64,000 bases of DNA from an uncultured Bacilli bacterium (GTDB taxonomy: Bacteria; Bacillota_I; Bacilli_A; RF39; UBA660), in the NCBI GenBank assembly GCA_934098665.1, contig CAKOOO010000001.1:30823-94822 (forward strand), read 5' to 3'. Below the pieces are notes generated by a model that was not told the origin of the DNA, did not search any database, and saw nothing but the letters and a program-made list of their open reading frames with translations. This document shows, one piece after another, positions 1 through 9,174 of this stretch (positions are counted from its first letter, which is position 1; the number at the start of each line of letters is the position of its first letter). The translations under genes were made by a program, and so were the position numbers.

Positions 1-411
1 ACTATTTATATTAATTATCGATGGACTTATATCTTTTGCAATTTGTTCTAACTTTTCTATAAATGCTTCATATATAGATAAAGTATAGTTTTCATAACCA
101 TCCTCTATAATAATATCACTTACGTTTAAACCATTATTTATATTAAATAATGCATAAGCAATAATATTATTATCTAAAACATAATTAATAGTTTGAATAC
201 TTTTATCATATAATTTTTCTTTTATTTGACAGGCAAAAAAATAATTTGAATCAATTTTCATCAAAGACAAATTATTTTCTTTATTACATAAATAGTATTT
301 TGATATTAAATTAAATTTACTTTTAATAGTTTTTGATTCACTAAATTTATAGGCTTTTAACAAATATGACTTACATAAACTATCATTTACACTATTTATA
401 ATTACTTTCAT
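1..411 (-). CDS. hypothetical protein (first 137 codons; 3' end beyond window edge)
   Basis: Uninterrupted minus-strand frame from ATG at 411-409 (MKVIINSVNDSLCKSYLLKAYKF...) to position 1. It is absent from the ORF track only because the window edge cuts it. Lies directly downstream of rbfA. No family recognised. Confidence 0.4.
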   Translation of the reverse strand, partial: MKVIINSVNDSLCKSYLLKAYKFSESKTIKSKFNLISKYYLCNKENNLSLMKIDSNYFFACQIKEKLYDKSIQTINYVLDNNIIAYALFNINNGLNVSDIIIEDGYENYTLSIYEAFIEKLEQIAKDISPSIININS

Positions 412-429
412 AAAACCCCCAAAGTTAAA

Positions 430-777
430 TTAATTATCTTTACTATGTATTTTTTCGATAATTTTATCTATTTTACTTGCATATTCAATAGACTCATCAT
501 AAGAAAATTTTAAAAATGGAATATTTCTTGCATCAATTAAGGGAGCAAGTTTGCCTCTTATAAAAGAACTTGCTTCATTAACTTCTTTTTCAATTTCTTT
601 TTTTGATAAATCACTTAAGGAAGTAAAATATACTTTACAATAACTAAAATCTTTAGAAAGTGAGCATCCAGTTATAGTAATTTGTTTTAAAAGTTCATCA
701 TGACATTCTCTTTGAATTATCATAGGAATATACTTTTCAATATCGCTTTCAATTCTTTTTACATTTAAACTAGGCAC
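430..777 (-). CDS. rbfA: ribosome-binding factor A
   Basis: 115 aa small protein immediately after infB; its GTG start overlaps the infB stop. Has an RbfA-like core (...CKVYFTS...) and conserved infB-rbfA synteny. Confidence 0.85.
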   Translation of the reverse strand: MPSLNVKRIESDIEKYIPMIIQRECHDELLKQITITGCSLSKDFSYCKVYFTSLSDLSKKEIEKEVNEASSFIRGKLAPLIDARNIPFLKFSYDESIEYASKIDKIIEKIHSKDN

Positions 778-2875
778 GTTTAACTTCCTCCATTACAAAT
801 ACTTCGAAAATATCACCGGTTTTAAAGTCATCAAATTTATCAAGTGTTATACCACACTCAAAACCTTTTTTAACTTCTTTAGCTTGGTCTTTTCCTCTTT
901 GTATTGAGGATATTTTAGTTTCAATAACATATTTTCCATCACGAATAACTCTTACATTTGCATTATTTTTAACTATGCCATCAGTTACGTAAACACCTGC
1001 GATATTACCAACTTTAGAAAATTTAAATATTTGTCTAACTTCCGCAGAACCAATAACTTTTTCTTCGAATTTTGGATCAAGCATTCCTGTTAAGGCTGCT
1101 TCAACATCTTCGACAAGTTTATAAATAATTGTGTATGTTCTTATTTCAATATCATATTCTTTAGCCATTGCTTTTGCATCAGAAGAACTTGTTACATTAA
1201 AGCCAATTACAATAGCCTTTGAGGCAGATGCTAAAACTATATCACTTTCTGAAATAGGTCCAATACCACTTCTTATAACTTTTACCTTAACATCCTCAAC
1301 TTTAATGTTTTCAAGAGCGCTTTTAACGGCTTCCTCACTACCTCTTACGTCTGCTTTTAAAACAACAGCAACTTCTCTTTGACCACTATTAATATTATTA
1401 AATAGTTCGTCTAAAGATAAAGACTTCTTTTCATTTTTCTTTTCCTTTTCAGCATTTTTCCTTTTTTCAGCAACAGTTTTAGCTTCTTCAATAGTTTCAA
1501 ATGCCATAAATTTATCACCAGCTTTTGGTGTATCATTAAGGCCAGTAATTTCTACTGGAGTTGATGGACCAGCTTCAACTATATTTTCACCTTTATCATT
1601 TTTCATTGTACGAACCTTACCATATGTAGTTCCTACAACAACTGGATCTCCTAAACGTAAAGTACCATTTAAAATTAGGAATGATGCTATACCGCCTACA
1701 TTTTTATCAAGTTTTTCTTCAATAACTGCACCAAGTGCATATCTTTCTGGATTAGCTTTTAATTCTTTTACTTCCGCTATTGCAAGAATTGTTTCTAAAA
1801 GTGTATCAACACCTTCACCAGTTTTCGCAGATATATTTATAAATGGATATTCCCCACCCCAACTTTCAGGTGTAATACCATTTTCAGTCATTTCTGTATA
1901 AACTCTTTCAATATTTGCATCTGGTTTATCAATTTTATTTACCGCAACAATTATAGGAACGCCAGCGCTTTTTGCATGGTCAATAGCCTCTTTTGTTTGA
2001 GGCATAACACCATCATCGGCTGCAACTATAATAATAACAATATCAGTTACACTAGCACCTCTTGCACGCATTTGGGTAAAAGCTGCATGACCTGGAGTAT
2101 CAATAAATGTTATTTTTTCACCATTTTTTTCAGTTTGATAAGCTCCAATTGCTTGTGTAATACCTCCTGCTTCACCACTTGCAACATTAGAGGATCTTAT
2201 ATAATCTAAAAGAGTTGTTTTACCATGATCTACATGACCCATTATTGTAACTATTGCAGGTCTTGGACGTAAATCGCTTTCATTATCTACAACTTCATAA
2301 TTATCAAAATCTGATATATCTTGACTTTCTTTTTTCTTTAAAGTTTTATTATAATCAAGAGCAACTATTTCAGCATTTTCGAAATCAATAACCTGATTAA
2401 TTGAAAGCATTAAACCTAAACTCATTAATTTTTTAATAATATCATTTGTAGATATTTTAAGAGCATCAGCAAAATCTTTTACTGTCATATTTTCTGTATA
2501 TAAAATAATATTATCTTCATGAGAATTACTCATAAGTTTAGATTTATTTTTATACATTTGTTTTTTTAGATTTTTAAAATCTGCATCTTTACTATCTTTC
2601 TTTTTTAATTTTTGTTTACTTGTGGCAACCATTGAGTCTGTCTTATCAATATTCTCACTTTGAAGTACTTTTTCTACTACATCATCAATTTGATCTTCTT
2701 CTTCGTAAGTAGTTTCCTTATCTGTACTTATTAGATTAATAGTATTATCTATCATAATAATATCATCATCTGAAAGTACTGTGTTTGCATCTGCTTTAAT
2801 ACCTAGTTCACTACATTTTCTTAAAACTTCCGCTACTGATAAATTAACATCTTTTGCATAATCTTTTATATTCAT
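770..2875 (-). CDS. infB: translation initiation factor IF-2
   Basis: 701 aa with GTPase motifs GHVDHGKTTLLD, DTPGH and NKID, plus IF-2 C-terminal domains. Sits in the nusA-ylxR-infB operon context. Confidence 0.97.
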   Translation of the reverse strand: MNIKDYAKDVNLSVAEVLRKCSELGIKADANTVLSDDDIIMIDNTINLISTDKETTYEEEDQIDDVVEKVLQSENIDKTDSMVATSKQKLKKKDSKDADFKNLKKQMYKNKSKLMSNSHEDNIILYTENMTVKDFADALKISTNDIIKKLMSLGLMLSINQVIDFENAEIVALDYNKTLKKKESQDISDFDNYEVVDNESDLRPRPAIVTIMGHVDHGKTTLLDYIRSSNVASGEAGGITQAIGAYQTEKNGEKITFIDTPGHAAFTQMRARGASVTDIVIIIVAADDGVMPQTKEAIDHAKSAGVPIIVAVNKIDKPDANIERVYTEMTENGITPESWGGEYPFINISAKTGEGVDTLLETILAIAEVKELKANPERYALGAVIEEKLDKNVGGIASFLILNGTLRLGDPVVVGTTYGKVRTMKNDKGENIVEAGPSTPVEITGLNDTPKAGDKFMAFETIEEAKTVAEKRKNAEKEKKNEKKSLSLDELFNNINSGQREVAVVLKADVRGSEEAVKSALENIKVEDVKVKVIRSGIGPISESDIVLASASKAIVIGFNVTSSSDAKAMAKEYDIEIRTYTIIYKLVEDVEAALTGMLDPKFEEKVIGSAEVRQIFKFSKVGNIAGVYVTDGIVKNNANVRVIRDGKYVIETKISSIQRGKDQAKEVKKGFECGITLDKFDDFKTGDIFEVFVMEEVKRA

Positions 2876-2896
2876 GCATTACCATCCTTTCTTTTT

Positions 2897-3409
2897 TTAT
2901 CTACTTTTACCTTTTTCTATATCAAGATATCCTAAATCTAAAAGAATACTTGTTAAATCTCTTCCATCATATTTTTTTATTTCTATACTGCTATTTGAGG
3001 CAATTTCTTTTGATAAAGTTGCATCATAATTACTATTAAATACAACCTTTTTAATTCCACTATTAATTATAGAGTTCATACAGTCTTTACATGGAAATGT
3101 ATTTACATATATTGTAGAACCTACAGTTGATATACCATGTCTTGCCGCAAAAGCTATCGCATTTTGTTCTGCATGAGATGCTGGGCAAAGTTCTAAATAT
3201 TTTCCTGATGCGTAATCTGGCATTGCTCTTCTTCTACATCCCCCTAAATCTTCACAATGAGTTACTCCTCTTGCAGGCCCATTAAAGCCAAATGAAATAG
3301 GATTATCATCTTTAACAATAACAGCGCCTACTTTTCTTGAAAGACAAGTACTTCGAAGGGAAGCAAGATCTGCTATAGCCATATAATATTCTTCTTTAGT
3401 CGGTCTCAT
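2897..3409 (-). CDS. dCMP (deoxycytidylate) deaminase, ComEB-like
   Basis: 170 aa with the zinc-binding cytidine/deoxycytidylate deaminase motifs HAEQNA and PCKDC. Its start overlaps the ylxR stop. Confidence 0.85.
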   Translation of the reverse strand: MRPTKEEYYMAIADLASLRSTCLSRKVGAVIVKDDNPISFGFNGPARGVTHCEDLGGCRRRAMPDYASGKYLELCPASHAEQNAIAFAARHGISTVGSTIYVNTFPCKDCMNSIINSGIKKVVFNSNYDATLSKEIASNSSIEIKKYDGRDLTSILLDLGYLDIEKGKSR

Positions 3410-3659
3410 TTACTATCCTTTCTAAAGTATCATACAAACTATCATCAACCTTAACTTCTAATACTCTTTCTAATATTTTAGTTTTTTTAGCTTTATTTAT
3501 TACATTAATATCTTTTTTTAAGTAAGCTCCTTTACCATTACATTTACCTGTTTTATCATAAATTACTGTGCCATCGGGTGTTCTTACAACACGCATTAAA
3601 GAACTTTTTTCACATTTTTCATGACTAACAACACATGTTCTTAAAGGAATTTTTTTCAT
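3396..3659 (-). CDS. ylxR: YlxR/RnpM family RNA-binding protein (DUF448)
   Basis: 87 aa with the PLRTC...GKGAY pattern. Occupies the canonical slot between nusA and infB. Confidence 0.8.
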   Translation of the reverse strand: MKKIPLRTCVVSHEKCEKSSLMRVVRTPDGTVIYDKTGKCNGKGAYLKKDINVINKAKKTKILERVLEVKVDDSLYDTLERIVNETD

Positions 3660-4771
3660 TATTTATTTCCTTCTTCATTAATTTGTTTCATAGTTTTAAT
3701 TTCAAGATAATAATGTGTTAAACGAGAAGCAAGTTTAATATTGCTTCCTTTTTTACCAATAGCTGCGGAAAATTCATCATCACCAACAACTACTAAAGCT
3801 TTCTTTGCTTTTTCATCAATTATATTAACTATTGCATTTCTCGCAGGAACCATAGCATTTTTAATAAATGTAGCAGGATCTTCACTATATAAAACTAGAT
3901 CTATTTTTTCACTACCAAGTTCCTTTAAAATGCCTGCAATACGGCATCCTTTTTCACCAATACATGAACCAATTGGGTCAATTCTTTCATTATTTGAATA
4001 AACACAAACTTTACATCTAACACCCGGTTCACGAACAACTTGATATATTTCAATATCTCCATTAATAATTTCTGGTATTTCTTGTTCAAATAATCTTTTT
4101 ACAAAACCATAATGTTTTCTTGAAAGCATAATAACTGGTCCTTTAACTCCTAAAGTAACTTTAGTTAAATATACTTTAATATTTGAACCCATAACAATTT
4201 TTTCACCAGGAATTATTTCACTTTTAGGAAGCATTCCACGAGTTCTACCAAGGTCAATATAATAATTTCTTTGATCCTCTAAAGCAACCATACCAATCAT
4301 TACTTCGCCTTCTTTATCACTAAACTCATTAATAACGCTTTCTTTTTCAGCTTCTCTAATTTTTTGAGTTAGAACTTGTTTAGCAGTACCCGCAGCAACA
4401 CGACCAAAATCTTTTGGCGTAACTTCTTTTTCAATAGTGTCACCAACTTTAGCTTTAGGATCAATTTTTATCGCATCCTCTAAAAGTATTTGTGCGTCAA
4501 TATTTATTTCTGGTGGAATAACTATTTCATTACCTTCTTCATCAACACTTTCTTTTCCTTCATCAATTTCAGGAACAACTACTAAATAAGAGTAAACTTT
4601 AATATCGCCAGTTTCACGATTAATTTTAACAATTACATTTGTTTTAGAGTCAAAATTTTTCTTATAAGCAGTAGTAAGTGCAAGTGAAAGTCCATCATAA
4701 ATAACATCTTCACTGATATTTTTTTCTTTTGTAACAAGCTTTACAGCCTTAACTAATTCATTTGCATTCAT
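3659..4771 (-). CDS. nusA: transcription termination/antitermination factor NusA
   Basis: 370 aa with an N-terminal NusA domain, S1 and two KH regions. Lies between rimP and ylxR. Confidence 0.95.
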   Translation of the reverse strand: MNANELVKAVKLVTKEKNISEDVIYDGLSLALTTAYKKNFDSKTNVIVKINRETGDIKVYSYLVVVPEIDEGKESVDEEGNEIVIPPEINIDAQILLEDAIKIDPKAKVGDTIEKEVTPKDFGRVAAGTAKQVLTQKIREAEKESVINEFSDKEGEVMIGMVALEDQRNYYIDLGRTRGMLPKSEIIPGEKIVMGSNIKVYLTKVTLGVKGPVIMLSRKHYGFVKRLFEQEIPEIINGDIEIYQVVREPGVRCKVCVYSNNERIDPIGSCIGEKGCRIAGILKELGSEKIDLVLYSEDPATFIKNAMVPARNAIVNIIDEKAKKALVVVGDDEFSAAIGKKGSNIKLASRLTHYYLEIKTMKQINEEGNK

Positions 4772-4772
4772 T

Positions 4773-5021
4773 TTAATTACCTCTTTCTTTACTAGATATA
4801 TCTAGAATATAACTATCTTCAATATCACAATATTTATCCACTACTGGATTAATTATATGAGTAGCCTTTACTATCTCATCAATATCAATACCCCCAACTT
4901 TATCAAGTGTAACCTCTAAAAAGTTGTATTTTCCTTTCTTTTTATATGATATATCATAAACAAATATATCCATATCCTTAATTGCAATATTTATTTTTTC
5001 GATTAACATACTAAAATCCAA
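4773..5021 (-). CDS. rimP: ribosome maturation factor RimP, N-terminal domain only (82 aa)
   Basis: TTG start 6-7 nt after AGAGGGTGA. RimP-like N-terminal domain directly upstream of nusA. About half the usual length, and nusA starts 2 nt after its stop. Confidence 0.65.
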   Translation of the reverse strand: MDFSMLIEKINIAIKDMDIFVYDISYKKKGKYNFLEVTLDKVGGIDIDEIVKATHIINPVVDKYCDIEDSYILDISSKERGN

Positions 5022-5039
5022 AATATATCACCCTCTTTA

Positions 5040-5068
5040 ATAATAAAAGTGGGATTGCAAGCCCACTT
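5040..5068 (-). terminator. rho-independent terminator after the 608-aa membrane protein gene
   Basis: Minus strand reads AAGTGGG-CTTGCAAT-CCCACTT followed by TTTTATTATT. Confidence 0.6.
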
Positions 5069-5091
5069 AATTTGTCAAAAATATTTTAACA

Positions 5092-6918
5092 TTATTTTAC
5101 TGTTATGTCCATATTTTTTTCTTTATTTTTAATATTTAATAAATAAACCACCATAAAGGGCATTGGAAATATTATTGGCATAGCGTATCTAAAATAGGTA
5201 TTCGCAGGTCCCACTACGCAAAAAAGCAAAGAAATTATCATTGGAAGTAAAATAATTAAATACTTATAATTTTTATTTTTAATTAAATAAACTACCATAA
5301 TAATTAAAAGCCATACATTAAAGCCAATGCTTACGAATAAACCAAGCACTGGAACTACCCTATAAATTTCTGCATATGAAGATAAAAACTTTCTTAAAGA
5401 ACCTAATTTATTATAATGATAATTCACTAAATTATCTTCACATATTTTATTATAATATTTTGAATATATATACCAGTTTGTATCTCCTGGGTCAAAATAA
5501 CCATATATATTATTTAAAGTAGCATTTAAATATAAATAAGGATGATAAATTAAACCTTTAACCCATACTTTAAAATAAGATTTTAAATCGGATTTTGTAT
5601 AATATATATTAAATGTTCCTTTAACTGGGTCAGATAATGTTGGTTTATAATTTTTTTTAATTTTATCATAATCAAGTATTTTACTTATTATAATTTTATC
5701 ATTTTCAGATATATCTTCTTCTTTATATTTTATAAGTCTTGCAGTTTGCTGAAATGGAATTGATAAAACTTCTCTTATACTTGTTGGTGTAACACCAAGT
5801 TTTGGAAGTAATATATTTGTATAAGAATAATATATTACAAATAATGACATAGTTAAAATAGTTAAAATTTTTCTATTTTCCTTACTATAAATAAGTGCAA
5901 AAGGAAAAATCATTAATACTAAAAATATACCATTATTTCTAAATAAACATATAAATAAAAGTATTATAAAAAGTAATATAATATTTTTAATAGGAATTTT
6001 TTTATTTTTATAATTATCTATAAACTCTACTAAAGATATTATTAACCATATAATTAAAGTTGTATAAATAGTATCTTTATTTGTATTAACTAAATAAAAT
6101 GAAAAACATGGCATTATTATATATAAAATAAGCATTAAAAATAAATATTTATTAGAAATATTTTTCTTTTTTAAATAAGTAATTGTATAACATAATGTTA
6201 ATGTTAAAAATAAACCTTGAAAAAAAGTATATATAAATAAACCAAAATTATCATTTATTAAAAGTCTTCCTAGTTTTATACTCCATCCTAAAAGCATTGT
6301 ATGTAATACTGGATGATGATTTGTAATATGTACATTTGGATTAATTTGAATTGAATAACTTGTATATTTATTTGGTACATTAAATGCTTGCTTTATTTGA
6401 TTTGAGGGATCTGGTGATAATACTGCAGGATAAAAAGCAATATAATAAATGCTATAAAATATACATAAAATGATAAAACTTACTAAAAATGGATGTTTAT
6501 TAAAATATCTAATAAATTTATTTTCTTTTATATCAAAATCATTTTTATAGATTATAATAAGTTTTTTAGCTAAAGAATATATATTTATAATTAAATAATA
6601 TATTCCTATAAATCTTATTATAGTAAATAAAAACATAAAGTTTTTAAATAATATATTTAAACTAGATATATCTCTATAGCTTTGGCCTATTAAAACACAT
6701 AAACTAAAAAATAAACATAAATATTTATCACATTTATTTAAATTATTTTTATCTTTTTTAAATATAAAATAAAATATACATGAAAAAATAATAATTAATA
6801 TAACTAATTTAATACTAAATATACTTTGACCATAATATATTTTTTTATATGGTAAAAATAATGCTATACTAGATAATAAACTTATTAATATATTTATAAA
6901 CTTCTTTTTCATATCCAT
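5092..6918 (-). CDS. polytopic integral membrane protein, possibly a GT-C-type glycosyltransferase
   Basis: 608 aa with many hydrophobic helices throughout and one larger loop region. No catalytic motif recognised by eye, so the function is a guess. Confidence 0.55.
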   Translation of the reverse strand: MDMKKKFINILISLLSSIALFLPYKKIYYGQSIFSIKLVILIIIFSCIFYFIFKKDKNNLNKCDKYLCLFFSLCVLIGQSYRDISSLNILFKNFMFLFTIIRFIGIYYLIINIYSLAKKLIIIYKNDFDIKENKFIRYFNKHPFLVSFIILCIFYSIYYIAFYPAVLSPDPSNQIKQAFNVPNKYTSYSIQINPNVHITNHHPVLHTMLLGWSIKLGRLLINDNFGLFIYTFFQGLFLTLTLCYTITYLKKKNISNKYLFLMLILYIIMPCFSFYLVNTNKDTIYTTLIIWLIISLVEFIDNYKNKKIPIKNIILLFIILLFICLFRNNGIFLVLMIFPFALIYSKENRKILTILTMSLFVIYYSYTNILLPKLGVTPTSIREVLSIPFQQTARLIKYKEEDISENDKIIISKILDYDKIKKNYKPTLSDPVKGTFNIYYTKSDLKSYFKVWVKGLIYHPYLYLNATLNNIYGYFDPGDTNWYIYSKYYNKICEDNLVNYHYNKLGSLRKFLSSYAEIYRVVPVLGLFVSIGFNVWLLIIMVVYLIKNKNYKYLIILLPMIISLLFCVVGPANTYFRYAMPIIFPMPFMVVYLLNIKNKEKNMDITVK

Positions 6919-6947
6919 AGTATATCACCTTAATCATTTATTAGCAA

Positions 6948-6971
6948 TTTAAAAAATAGTCCTTTGACTAT
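6948..6971 (-). terminator. rho-independent terminator of surface-protein gene A1
   Basis: Minus strand reads ATAGTC-AAAG-GACTAT followed by a T-run, starting 4 nt after the stop at 6975. Confidence 0.6.
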
Positions 6972-6974
6972 CTT

Positions 6975-9128
6975 TTAATTTATTACAAAAGGATTAGTAT
7001 ATGAGCCATCTCCTGAAGATATTTCAGTGCCAGGTTTGATGGAAACGACCGAGCGCACACCCCCCGAGTAGTTCACGATGCTGTAGTAGCTCCACCCAGC
7101 GGAGTTCACTGCCCTGACGACGGCGCTGTAGATGCTGTTAAAGTAGTAGGGAGAACCAAGCCATACATATTGTCCATTATTAAAGTAATGACTACTTCCA
7201 TAATTTGCTAACCTTAATTCTGGTGCTGTTAATAATCCTATAGGATATTTTAATTGTGCTTTTGGATTATTTACACTAAATCTATCTGTTTCATTTGCAC
7301 ATGCCAAGTTTTTATTATTTTCATCATAGTTTTTAAATTCTAATGAAGTCGTTGTACTTCCGCCGTTTGGATTCCATCCATTTGAAGATAAATTAGTTAT
7401 GGTTCTATCATTACAAAATACTGTATCTTCTAGTTTACCTTCATATTTATCTTTTATATTTTTTTCATACCAACTATCTATATATGCTTTTATTGTACTA
7501 TCTTTTGTATTTACATCATTATCATATAGCATTTCATTTAAGGCATCATCTACAGATTTTCCATTTGTTAGCGTTATGTAATATGGAGTACCACCATCAA
7601 TAGCATATACATAATAAATTGATGTACAGCTATTACCATTTGTTAAGCATGTATAATGGTGTGTATTTACATTTGTTTTATTTGTACTCCATGTATCTGT
7701 ATTTATTGTCGTAGTATTAGTTAATGTATATGTTCCATTTGCATATGTAAATGATGAACCAAATACATAATCACTTCCATTGTCTGTTCCATCTACATCA
7801 CCATTTGACAGTGAGTAATAATAAATGTAATATCCACTATATCCCACTATATGATATACATTTGTACATGTTTCAGTTGTAGAACTACTATTACATGTGT
7901 ATTTTCCTACTAATGTACTTATATTTGAATCTGTTACATTTAATGTTGTCGCATTTGTTAATGTGTATTTTTTAGTGCTGTTATCATATGTTACTGCATC
8001 GGCATAAGCTTTTGTTCCACTGAAATATGTACTATTTACTATTGTTTTAGTTGAGTACGTATATACTTTGTTTTCATTATACATATATCCTACATATGCT
8101 AGTGAATTATCATTACTATTAAATTTACTTGTTCCTATTTGTGAATCTGTTCCTGTATTATTACATGTTTTTATTATGCTATTTACTTTTCCAAAACTAA
8201 ATATTACATTATTTCTTGTATTATTTCCACTCGTCCATGAATATTTTCTTGTAAAAACTATCTTTATTACATCTGATGTTGTTAAATCTTTAAAACTTAT
8301 TTGTCCTGTTATTATTCCCGTAAATTTACCTTGACTTACATCATCTTTAAATATTTCTACATTTATGTTATTTAAAGAATCATACATTGATAAATCAAAA
8401 TTTAAAACGTAGTTTCCATTTGATGGTGCTGTAAATGATATTGTTGAACTATTTGTTCCAGTATTTGTACTTGTCCATGTTTTATTTGTTTCATCAAAAT
8501 TATATGAATATGATGTATCATTAATTAAGTTTGAATATTCTGACTGATTTAATGATTCTGAAGTATAAAAATCTTTTTGAACGCCATTATATACTATTTT
8601 AACTCCACCGGTATCTGTAGTTCTTACTATTTTCCAACAATAGTTTGCAAAAAGTACATTGTTATTTTCTACATTGCCAGTATAGTAATATATATTATTT
8701 GCATATGTTGTTGTATCACCATAATCTGCTCCATTATATAGTTTTACAAATTCATCACCATTATTATATCTTTTCTTAACTATACCATATAAAGATGTAT
8801 CTTCCTTATAATCAAAATACAAATAGCATTTATCACTTCCTATAAATGAAAATGATACTGTTCCTGTAGAGTTATCATAACTAGTTACTTGTCCATTATT
8901 TTCACAATGCGTTTTTTCTTCATTTAATATATAATCACCTTTTGGTATATCTTTTGAACTAGACTTGGTATAATCAGTTGCACCATTTTCTTTTATCATT
9001 ATAGATAATTTTTCTTCTTTAATAGGTTTATTTTTACTCAAATTATTTTGTTTTAATTTATAGGTTAAAATTAAGCTTAAAACACCTACTATTAAAAATA
9101 CGAACAACACTATTTTTTTCTTTTTCAT
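6975..9128 (-). CDS. membrane-anchored variable surface protein, paralogue A1 (717 aa)
   Basis: N-terminal signal-anchor MKKKKIVLFVFLIVGVLSLIL. Shares a Cys-containing N-domain with the 24032 and 42194 genes and a ~600-aa core with the 30206 gene. C-terminal WLGSP...GGVRSVVSI...GDGSYTNPFVI module. RBS AAGAGGAG. Confidence 0.85.
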   Translation of the reverse strand: MKKKKIVLFVFLIVGVLSLILTYKLKQNNLSKNKPIKEEKLSIMIKENGATDYTKSSSKDIPKGDYILNEEKTHCENNGQVTSYDNSTGTVSFSFIGSDKCYLYFDYKEDTSLYGIVKKRYNNGDEFVKLYNGADYGDTTTYANNIYYYTGNVENNNVLFANYCWKIVRTTDTGGVKIVYNGVQKDFYTSESLNQSEYSNLINDTSYSYNFDETNKTWTSTNTGTNSSTISFTAPSNGNYVLNFDLSMYDSLNNINVEIFKDDVSQGKFTGIITGQISFKDLTTSDVIKIVFTRKYSWTSGNNTRNNVIFSFGKVNSIIKTCNNTGTDSQIGTSKFNSNDNSLAYVGYMYNENKVYTYSTKTIVNSTYFSGTKAYADAVTYDNSTKKYTLTNATTLNVTDSNISTLVGKYTCNSSSTTETCTNVYHIVGYSGYYIYYYSLSNGDVDGTDNGSDYVFGSSFTYANGTYTLTNTTTINTDTWSTNKTNVNTHHYTCLTNGNSCTSIYYVYAIDGGTPYYITLTNGKSVDDALNEMLYDNDVNTKDSTIKAYIDSWYEKNIKDKYEGKLEDTVFCNDRTITNLSSNGWNPNGGSTTTSLEFKNYDENNKNLACANETDRFSVNNPKAQLKYPIGLLTAPELRLANYGSSHYFNNGQYVWLGSPYYFNSIYSAVVRAVNSAGWSYYSIVNYSGGVRSVVSIKPGTEISSGDGSYTNPFVIN
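7041..7151 (-). other. GC-rich NNC-codon patch (candidate DGR variable region) in A1
   Basis: Hand count gives about 58% G+C in a ~25% G+C gene. 23 of 37 codons end in C (TAC, AAC, AGC, ATC, GCC, GTC, CGC), which is atypical of the surrounding AT-ending codon usage. Encodes PYYFNSIYSAVVRAVNSAGWSYYSIVNYSGGVRSVVS. Confidence 0.55.
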
Positions 9129-9174
9129 AAACTCCTCTTTTTGCCCGTAAATACGGCATTGAGTTTTTTTATAT

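Noticed and set aside
1131-4001. Plus-strand track ORFs 1131-1382, 1976-2209, 2854-3039 and 3741-4001.
   Set aside because: They are antisense shadow ORFs inside the well-supported infB, dCMP deaminase and nusA genes.
7399-8334. Plus-strand track ORFs 7399-7581 and 8068-8334.
   Set aside because: They are antisense to surface-protein gene A1, whose frame is supported by paralogue conservation.
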